A DNA stretch of 63,831 nucleotides, the filler included, from Collodictyon triciliatum (lineage: Eukaryota): the NCBI GenBank assembly GCA_043381765.1. It is 6 parts of 6 records of this genome, joined end to end, with 100 filler letters (N's around TTAATTAATTAA, not from the genome) between each part and the next. Parts side by side here need not be neighbours in the genome. Positions count along the whole stretch, not along the records: positions 53,166 to 61,246 come from JBHJMP010000743.1; positions 61,347 to 63,831 come from JBHJMP010000887.1; 4 more parts are not named here. One strand, written 5' to 3'. Shown here one piece after another: positions 54,753 to 63,831 of the stretch. The notes beneath the pieces are model-generated. The model did not search any database and had not been told where the DNA came from. It saw only the letters and a list, made by a program, of their open reading frames with translations. The translations under genes were made by a program, and so were the position numbers. How positions within the stretch are numbered: the stretch's first letter is position 1; every line of letters begins with the position of its first letter.

Positions 54753-55089
54753 AAACTCGCCCAAAATGTCCTTGACCAGAGATCTGAGCTAGAGAGATTC
54801 TTTCTAGAATCACTAGAACAGTGTAAACAAGAATTGACTACGAGAAGAAGCGGAGGGGTAATTTTACTTGTTTTTCTAAATATTACCCAATTTTTTTCTT
54901 TTAAAGTATAATATGAACAAACGGGGCGGTGGTTGATGTAATCAAAATATCTACTACCAGCTTCAGCGGAAGAAAGACGCCTCGGGATTCCAATCGCAAA
55001 AAGTGGACGTGAGTGAATTAACATGGGAAGATCGAGAGCGAATTTTACGCCTCTTATTCTCCAAAATGAGTTCAAACACAACCGGGTAA
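54753..55089 (+). CDS. BBOF1: Basal body-orientation factor 1 (CCDC176) homolog, last two exons only
   Basis: KLAQNVLDQRSELERFFLESLEQCKQEL...|...VDVSELTWEDRERILRLLFSKMSSNTTG* matches the conserved BBOF1 C-terminal motifs as I recall them. Not in the ORF track. Confidence 0.8.
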
Positions 55090-56074
55090 TAAACCCCCTC
55101 GAGCTTGTGTCTATACTTTTTTTTTACTTCACATTTTTAATGCAGTGTTTAATTATTCGTTAAAATCTCTGAAAAACTAATAGTATATTGAATGGAAAAA
55201 TACCTAACAAAGCCCTCCTTGATTCGTTTCCGTGCACCTATGAAGCTAACAATCGATTAACTGACAGAAAACAAATGCAAAACTCGCTCCGTTCTGGGTC
55301 ACCCAACCAATTGACAGCGGTTGTCACACCAACTCACATGTCAACATATATACCGAAATCGGTAAATATATCTGCACATGATTTAATCTTCCAATCGGCC
55401 GATATGCAGCCACACAACCCACATGATTTTTTTTTCAAGCTAAATATTCTTCTAGAAATAAAAGAATGGTTTTCTTTTTGCTATACTTATACTAAACATA
55501 TTCATCAGCGGTATGTGCTATCTGTTAAAGTTGATGCAGCCAAACTCTATCACCAATTCACCCTTTTCTAAAATTGTTACATATACAATAAGGCTCCAAC
55601 ATCGACACAGTTACAATACGCGGATGGAGATACATTCCTTACCGACGGCGCACCAGCAATGTTATCGGACCTCTGACCTTGGAAATAATGCATAAAAAGA
55701 TAAAGATAAAGATAAAGATAAAGATAAAGATAAAGATAAAGATAAAGATAAAGAAAAAGATTAAGAAGGGAAACGCCACTAATGTCACACTACAGATATA
55801 CGAGTTCAGTTTCCACGTTAAATTAAATAAAACAGAAATCACAATCATTTTAAAATGTAGAATAAATAAAAAACGCGATACAATTCTATTTTGAATAGTT
55901 CATTTTTATTTAAACTCTTAAATTTACCCCTATTTACTTGCAGAAATATTGTTTGATTACTTAATATAAATCCAATAGTGTTCTTCGTTTCCTGCCAAAG
56001 TTCTTGTATTATAATGTTCGGAGGGTTGATTTCATGTTTTGTTGACCGATTTCTTTCAGCTATCTATAATTCCT

Positions 56075-59000
56075 CTATTCGTCCGCCGTCTCAAAATCAC
56101 TAGGAGCTTCTAGAGATTCGATATACTCTAAGGTTGTTCTTGTCTTTTCGTCATTATTCCCGTACAAGGTGGATTGGATGTCGTAGACCTTTCGAAAGTA
56201 TTCCAATGCGTCCTTGTCACAAAATGAATCATAATACAATATTGCGATGTTGTAGTAGGCCACATCCAAGTCCTCCTTCAGAGAAGACGAAGACGACTGG
56301 GATATAATGTCAGCTGCTCTCTTGTAAAAATGGATTGCCTCTTGATTATTTTGCTTCCTTTTTTTAATATTCGCGATGTACTTGAGATTCTCTGATAGGG
56401 ATATGTGTGAGGCCCCAAAGACTCTCTCACGGATGGCCAGTGATTTTTCTAGGTGCTTCAGCGCGAGGTCGTCCATTTTCTGAATGTAGTAGATTGTTCC
56501 CATCGTAAAGAAGCATTCAGCAACGTGCTCATTTCCTTCTCCAAAGTATAGCTGATGAAGATTCAAAGACTTTAGAACATAATCAATAGCAAGGTCGAAC
56601 TGACCAACCCGTTTCAGCAGATTGGCTATCGCCAAGTATGGTCCGGACAGGGAATAATGTTCCGAACCATACACTTTTTCATATATGATCGCCGATTGCT
56701 TTAAGCATGCCAAAGCGTCATGGTTATTCTCGAGTGTGATATGAAGTTGCCCGATATTTTCCAAGACTCCAGCGACTGATGGATGCTCTTCGCCATAGTA
56801 AGCTCGAAGGAGTCGGAGTGACTTTTCATACTCTTGAAATCCTTCTTTGCTTTTACCCATCTTAACCAGCAAAAAAGCACCGTCGCACTTCATTTTGGCG
56901 ATCATAGGATGTCGGTCATTATAATGCCTCTCCATGATTGCGATTGCGCTATCAAATAAAAGATACCCTTCCTGTAGTTTTTCCGTCCTGATGCAAATCT
57001 TACATAGATTGTAGTAGGAGAAAGCCAAATCTTGATGCAAGGGACTAAGTGTCTCCTTTCTCCTTCGCACAATCTCGCGCAGAATATTTTCAGACTCTTC
57101 ATATTTCCCAATAGTCATAAGTGCCAAGGCCAAATTTTCTTTGATGGCGGTATCATCAAAGCCCTCTAGCTGTGGCAATCCTTTAACAGTCTCAAGATAC
57201 TCTAAAGATTGAGTATACAACTTGATTGATTTCCCGATGGACCTGGCTTCTTTGTAAAGATGCGCTAGTTCGTTCATGGCCATTATTTTCAAGACAGGTG
57301 TTTGACCCGATTCAACCCCATCTTCCAGAAATATTTCAAAGATCTCAATGGCATGGTCGTGCATGGCCAAATCCACATACAGACGTGCAATTTGTAAGGC
57401 TATATATGGATCCCAAGATGCCTGCAAGAGTCTGATGTATTCATCTCCCGCATTGATTCCGTGGGCTTGAAGTTCTCTCCAATACTTCATCATTTCCCCT
57501 CGAAGGGACTTTGTAGCAAGCTTTTGGACCACATCTTTGATGGAAAGAAAATCTTTTAAAAGGTTCCATTCGTTTGCCAAGGAGTATTGGAACGCTATTT
57601 CTAAAAGGTCATTTTCATCAACCTTTGGCATCATAGAGACATAAAAGCGTGCGATTCGACATCGAAATTGATTCAGCTCTTCTGACGTGTTTCCGATTAC
57701 ACCAAAATACTTGAATAGAATTGCGTGTTTGTAAATCTCTTGATCGAGTTGGTATCGGCCTTGACATAAAAAAAGAAAATCCTTCAACGAAACAAATAAC
57801 GGGTACCATGAGAATCGGGGGGTGCTCGAGAATGCTAACAAGTACTCCTCTTTGAATCCATTCTTCGACAATGCCAAACAGCACAATGTGTCTTTTACGT
57901 CCATGCCGTTTTTGGAGTCTGTATAGTCAGAATCCCATCGGTGGATGATTTGTTGAAATAAGTCCTGCACATTGGTTGATGAAATCATGTTGTGAATTTT
58001 TTCTGTTAATCCCTCAAATGAACCATATACGCGAAGTTCTTGGAGGACTAATGTTAGGAAGGATGGGTTGCGACAGTTTTCGCTTTGGGAAATGCTATTC
58101 AACTGCATGTCTGTTAGTTTCTTTGAAAATGACCCTAAATATCTTGATGTTATGTTAGCAACATCTTCGATGGACAAAGGATCGATCTCGATTATCTTCC
58201 ACAGTCTATTCCTGGCGATTTGTACACACTCATGTTCAGAGAAACAGGTTACAATAAACTTGAAGTTGTGTGGTAGTATCCCTGGAATCCAGTCTAGATC
58301 AAAAACGTTTGATCTTCTGTCATCAAGACGATGAATAGAGTCGACTATACAAATATTCTTTGTTTTGTGTAATGCTTGATCGGATATCATATCAACAAAA
58401 TCATTCACGATTGTATCAGATGCCTTGTCAGTCGGGATAGACAGGAAGTCACAAATTCTTGATAAAAATTGGTCCATTTGAGTACTTTCTGCCGTGCATC
58501 CAGTATAATGCACAAATTTCTTGCAATTAGTGGCCGAGGAGAAGATTTTTGCCGCGATTGATGACTTGCCAATCCCGTGTGCCCCAATTAAAAATAGAGG
58601 TACGTTTGTTTCATCATCAATATAACTTGATATTTGGGTCAGGATAGGGTCTCTTCCATAGAAATATAGAATGTGATCCACACCAAACTTCTTGTGTGCT
58701 TGTCTTTCCTTGAGTCTCGGATCAAGTTCGGATTGGTTATATGGAAAATCAGAGTCTATTGTTTGCATGAGATCTTTTGAAATAAACATTCCGAGTTCTT
58801 TTGGGGTATCAAAGTGCTTGGCTGGAAACTTTTGAAGAATTTCATTCTTCAGTTGGGTTTGTTTCAAGACTGTTTCATCAATCTCAGATACTTTGCTTGT
58901 AGTTTTAAAGTAGAAAAACGGTTTCAAAGGTAGGATTCGCTCATTGAAGGTAGCATGTCGAATCTGTAGAGGGGACATTTACAAAGATATTTAAAAAAAG

Positions 59001-59124
59001 AAGGAAGAAGGAAGGAAGGAAGGAAGAGAAAAAAAGAAAAAAAAGAAAAAAAAAGAAAGAAAAAGAAAGAAAAAGAAAGAAAAAGAAAAAAGAAGAAAGA
59101 AAGAAGAAAGAAAGAAGAAAGAAA

Positions 59125-59216
<92 letters not shown>

Positions 59217-60984
59217 NNNNNNNNNNNNNNNNNNNNNNNNNNNNNNNNNNNNNNNNNNNNNNNNNNNNNNNNNNNNNNNNNNNNNNNNNNNNNNNNNNNN
59301 NNNNNNNNNNNNNNNNAACAATAATAATAACAATAATAATAACAATAATAATAACAATAATAATAACAATAATAATAACAATAATAATAACAATAATAAT
59401 AACAATAATAATAAAACATAGATGATTTGAAGCTTGTATCAAAATTTCACAGATGATTCGATAACGTCTCCGGGCAAATTATACAAGACTGGGATAAAAA
59501 AATTACCTCCATTTCAGTGACACTTATCTCTGGGAATGATGCTATCCATGGGTATGTTTGTTTGATAAGCGGATCGAATTGTGTGGGATCATTTTGCATC
59601 GGAATCCATCCGTATCGGTCTCCAATGAAGCAAACAAAGTACTGACATCGATCTATTTCTTGCAGACAAAAATATACCGCCTTTCCACTTTGGGCTTCCT
59701 CGGAAGTTATTCCCCAACGCAAATCAATTTCTGTGATAATTATTCCTCGGGGTTCGCATTTTTCTTTGATTTCAGGAATTATATGCTTTACTAGAAACTC
59801 TCTCTCTCCTTGCATGTCGCGGAATGTGGACGAAAGAAATATACGAACGGATGTAAGCCCCAGATTCTGCAAGGATGCTTCGTCATCAACTAAAGCCCGT
59901 ATATGAACGACAACATTTCGTAGACTAGAACGATGCCTGGAGAAGTTTGTAAAAGAATTTTTGAGGGACTTTTGCACTACCCTTTCAACAAGTCTTTGGG
60001 CTGCGGCTGGCTCTGTGATTTCTTTCGGTTCGTATAAGATAGATTTCGATACTCTCCTCTTTGGAGGCATTCTTGATGTGGAGGGGCTCTTGGACTGCAG
60101 AACTTTAGGGGCCTTTGGTTTCAAAGGGGACTCTACAATTGTGCTTTTGTTTTCCTTGGAAGATTTTATGGCTGAGCCAGGTAAATTAGGAGAGCCTCTT
60201 CCCCCAGGAAAAAATATATCTGGGAGTGTCAAAACATCCTAAACATTTTTTTTTTAATTTTTCAGTCGAATTGTCTCACCCTTTTTTCTCATTTTTAAAT
60301 TACAAATAAATACTTGTTTTCGTTTCGAATGTGGGATAGATTTCATTTCTATTCAGGTGACGTGGGTAATGGAGCAGTCTTATTCATAATATGCATTCAA
60401 TTGAGGTGAATTCGATATACAAAAGCCAGGTACCTCGTCTTTATATACAGCCCCTTGGAAATTATCTTCCTCATCTTCTTCACTTTCATCTCCGGTATGT
60501 ATATCTTTTGCATAGTAGTAATAAAGTTATTCAGTCTCTATATCCTAATGGACGGCGCATACAAACACCAACAAGGTCGTAATTTCGGTTTTTTTTTTTT
60601 AATAGTCGAACGAGTATATCCAGGAGCAAAAAATGATAGATATTAAATGTATGAGAGGTTACCTTTTGGGATGGACATGTTATTTCTAGGAGGAGGCTGG
60701 GTATTGGACACTATGTGTGTCTTTCGGGTGGTGAATCCAGCATTTGAGGACCGTCCCGAGAATTCAGCTTCAGCCTTCCGATCAGTTCGGAGTGAATCAA
60801 CAGGCTCTCGCATATCAGTGGCATCAGTCTTCGGCTGCTGAGGCGTAATTTCCTCTCCGTCTTTGGTTGCTTCAGGAATCTTCTCTATGGATTCGCAGGT
60901 GTCCTTTCCCTCTTGCGACAATGGTGCATCATCCCATCTGGCGACTAAACTCCGTGGCAAAGCGCGGCTGATTACTGCACCCAT
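56075..60984 (-). CDS. DUF4062-NACHT-TPR STAND protein (NPHP3/TTC41-like), 4 exons, with an N-myristoylation motif
   Basis: Start MGAVIS. DUF4062: VRIFLSSTFRDMQGERE, IDLRWGIT, CLQEIDRC, GDRYGW, SVTEME|I. Walker A GAHGIGKS; Walker B ICIVDSI; NPSFL. C-terminal ~42-aa kinesin-light-chain-type TPRs (GEEHPSVAGVLENIG, GSEHYSL, GASHISL). Junction phases are consistent. Confidence 0.9.
59000..59413. repeat. (GAAA)n and (AACAATAATAAT)n either side of a gap, intronic
   Basis: Direct reading. Confidence 0.9.
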
Positions 60985-61126
60985 AATAGTCTTTCGTCTG
61001 AATCAGAATCAAAGCCTACCTAAGCCATGTCCATGCTCGAATGAAAGTGAAGAACAAAAGGAAAGCAAAGGAGGTGGATATGAGATGGAGCGAGGGCAGG
61101 AACAGAAATTGCAGTAATCGAACGAC

Positions 61127-61246
61127 AATAAACAGTACAATAAACAGTACAATAAACAATACAATAAACAATACAATAAACAATACAATAAACAATACAA
61201 TAAACAATACAATAAACAATACAATAAACAATACAATAAACAATAC
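61127..61246. repeat. 12-bp (AATAAACARTAC)n at a contig end
   Basis: Direct reading. Confidence 0.9.
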
Positions 61247-61290
61247 NNNNNNNNNNNNNNNNNNNNNNNNNNNNNNNNNNNNNNNNNNNN

Positions 61291-61302
61291 TTAATTAATT
61301 AA
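61291..61302. other. Artificial contig linker
   Basis: TTAATTAATTAA flanked by N runs. Confidence 0.97.
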
Positions 61303-61502
61303 NNNNNNNNNNNNNNNNNNNNNNNNNNNNNNNNNNNNNNNNNNNNTTTTTTTTAGATATCATCATGCTCATCTTTTATTTTATTTTATTTTTATTTCTT
61401 TACCTTTTTTTTTTTTTTAAAAAAAAAAAAAGCTTAAAAAGATAAGGGAAGGAGGTGTGGCTGTGGTTTATACATCGGAGACTTGATTGCTTCACTTTTG
61501 CA

Positions 61503-62297
61503 TCACGCAAGGTTCTGCCCTTGCTGCAAATCTGATGCAGTCGTAGGCTCCGGTCGCTCCTTGATGATCTGCAACGCAAGTGCTGTGCGGTGGCCCGTAA
61601 ACACACAACCTGCCACAGCCAAATACCCAAGAATCGTTGAAAGCCCAGTCTTCACTTCATCAAACACAGCACCTCCCCATACCGAGCCAAACAGCATGGC
61701 CAAACTCCCACTCGGAAGGTGATTATCATCACTGGCGGCTGACCAAGTCGCTGCTGCTGCCAGATTCAACACAGCAGGCACACTCCAACAATACGGAAGC
61801 CACCGGAAGTGTGGGAAGGAAGAGTAGTACGAGTTTGCCACACACAGCGCAATAATCCAGGTTGCAGACAGAATTAAAGCAGAAACAGACAATCCCATCG
61901 CACTGTCTCCAAGCTCTCGCAGTGTCTTGGCCTCAGACTTGACTTTCGGTGCAGTCGCCTCTTGCGTGAAAATATTGGCCTTCTCAGTCACCTCCCGGTT
62001 CTTTTCATACAGATTATACTCTGCTATCACACCCGGATCGATGGTACTCATAAAGTTTGCATTCTTTTCCACTCGCTCATACGTGATGAAATGGTGGGAC
62101 CACAGCGTATCGTTCACAAGTAGGCGCACATACACCCCTTTGTTTCCATACTGCATTTGTAGAATCGTCCCATGCTCATCGTTGCGAAGCTCCTGTCGTG
62201 TCCAACGATCTCCAACAAGTGAGGCCAGAATCAGAATGCATGTCGCACATCCAAACGCAAGTGTAAAAGTGAACGAGTTGAAAGCACTCGAATGCAT
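61503..62297 (-). CDS. Four-TM membrane protein, claudin/PMP22/amastin-like topology
   Basis: Uninterrupted ORF with TM1 followed by Trp (LASLVGDRW), a long loop, then three more hydrophobic segments. An acceptor (TTTACAG) just upstream of the ATG means an extra 5' exon is possible. Confidence 0.6.
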   Translation of the reverse strand: MHSSAFNSFTFTLAFGCATCILILASLVGDRWTRQELRNDEHGTILQMQYGNKGVYVRLLVNDTLWSHHFITYERVEKNANFMSTIDPGVIAEYNLYEKNREVTEKANIFTQEATAPKVKSEAKTLRELGDSAMGLSVSALILSATWIIALCVANSYYSSFPHFRWLPYCWSVPAVLNLAAAATWSAASDDNHLPSGSLAMLFGSVWGGAVFDEVKTGLSTILGYLAVAGCVFTGHRTALALQIIKERPEPTTASDLQQGQNLA

Positions 62298-62631
62298 ACC
62301 TGTAAACAAAAAATAATAATAATAATTCAACCATCAGCTTCATAGTAGTTGGTTTTACTAGACAAAGTGTGTATGTAACAATAAAAAAAAATATATATTC
62401 GTTTCGTTTTTTTTTTCTCCCTATTATTTTTTCTTTTTCAAGTCGACGAACTGAAAATAAAAAGAAATGGAAAGTAGGTATCTGTTGACAAACTTTAGTA
62501 AGTTATTATTCTCAGTTGATTTTTCAAACTTTTTCAAAAACTTTTGGCACAAAAAAAAAAGTCCTCTCATTTTGACTCAAAAGATAGAATAGCAAGAAAT
62601 ATAGTATTTGGAGGTGCTCAATGCATTCCAA

Positions 62632-62749
<118 letters not shown>

Positions 62750-63831
62750 TGGGAGAAAGAAAGACACTCGACAAGGGACAGATCGACTGGCGAGGCAATA
62801 AGGTTGCCGATCTTGCCTCAGATCCGCACCACACACATAATTTGAACCGCAGAGAAAAAGGAAATTAGAATTCTACATGAATCTCTTGGTAATTAAAAAA
62901 AAAAAAGACGATAAAATATCAAGAAAAAAAAGAGTACGCCCATCAAGTCTTCTGCTGCACTTACCCATGATCTCTCCCGCTTCTCCACACAGCTCGCACC
63001 AGATCTCCACCCTTGTACAAAGAATCTGTTTGGATTGAACCCACATAGCTTTTGCCACTTGCTGATTCATCTACAAACCTGAGTATCCTATTCTGGAAAT
63101 ATAACGTTTTCCATAATTGGCATCATAGCCTGCGTGCGCGCGGTATAAGTGCCTTTCTGTTTGGTGGGCGCGTCTGCGCAAAAGAACAAGCAGGGAATCG
63201 GGCTTGTGTAGAAAGATTTGTTCAATCGTGATAGGGCCACTTTCAATCCTTTTAATCAGTTCAAAGCAAGCGATAAACATAGATTATTTATTTTCATCTT
63301 GCGGTGTTGGTGTTAGTGGTTGTGGGAGGTTTTTTTTTCTTTGTGGAGTTGGTGAAAAAGAAATATTTGGCATTTCCCCCCACAACCACGGTTCCATTCT
63401 TGAAAATTGAATATAAATGCAAGGTTGAGCTCAAGTCTCAAAGTAAAAAATTTCCATCTTAACATTTCAAAAATTAATGGGATGAGATGAACTGAGTGTA
63501 TCAAAGCGAAAGAAAAAAAGAAGCTAGTGTGTTATATTGGATAGCAGAATAAAAAAAAAAGGAGAAAATTAATTTAAGATATAAATGGGTATAAATTCAG
63601 AAGATAAAAAAAAAAAAGAAGGGAAAATGATAAACTGGACAGAAACAGAAAGAAAAAGTTTTAAAAAAAAATTCAGAATTAGATTATGCAGGAAAAAAAA
63701 CAAGCTAAATGAACTTAATTTTTTTTTTTAAAAAAAGAAAAAGGTGAAATAATGATATGTGTCTTGTGGTATGCAGTAATTGCTTTTTTTTCTTTCTTTC
63801 TTTTTTTTTTTTTTTTTGGTTTTTTTTTGTT

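Overview
Nuclear DNA of an intron-dense, AT-rich eukaryote, probably a flagellated protist, using the standard genetic code. The window is not one locus. Five artificial N-TTAATTAATTAA-N linkers (26642, 39972, 44405, 53110, 61291) join six segments, and there are many internal N gaps. I spliced exons by eye. Segment 1: 24-exon acyl-CoA oxidase with a PTS2-like N-terminus; a ~1200-aa protein with four tandem PH-like domains fused to a complete but divergent actin fold; head-to-head with it, a 7TM GPCR-PIP5-kinase (RpkA/GPCR-PIPK type); a plant-type glucosylceramide synthase. Segment 2: partial proteasome ATPase RPT1, a FAM227-like protein, gamma-glutamyltransferase. Segment 3: partial receptor with Kelch, EGF, TM, TKL kinase and adenylyl cyclase domains. 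Segment 4: 14-TMS DHA2 MFS transporter and a hypothetical gene. Segment 5: partial NDOR1, the BBOF1 3' end, and a predicted myristoylated DUF4062-NACHT-TPR (NPHP3-like) protein. Segment 6: a claudin-like tetraspan. Many long introns carry microsatellites of differing motifs, and AAG 3' splice sites are common. The best novelty candidate is the 4xPH-actin fusion divergently paired with a GPCR-PIP5K. All product calls rest on motif recognition; no database search was run.
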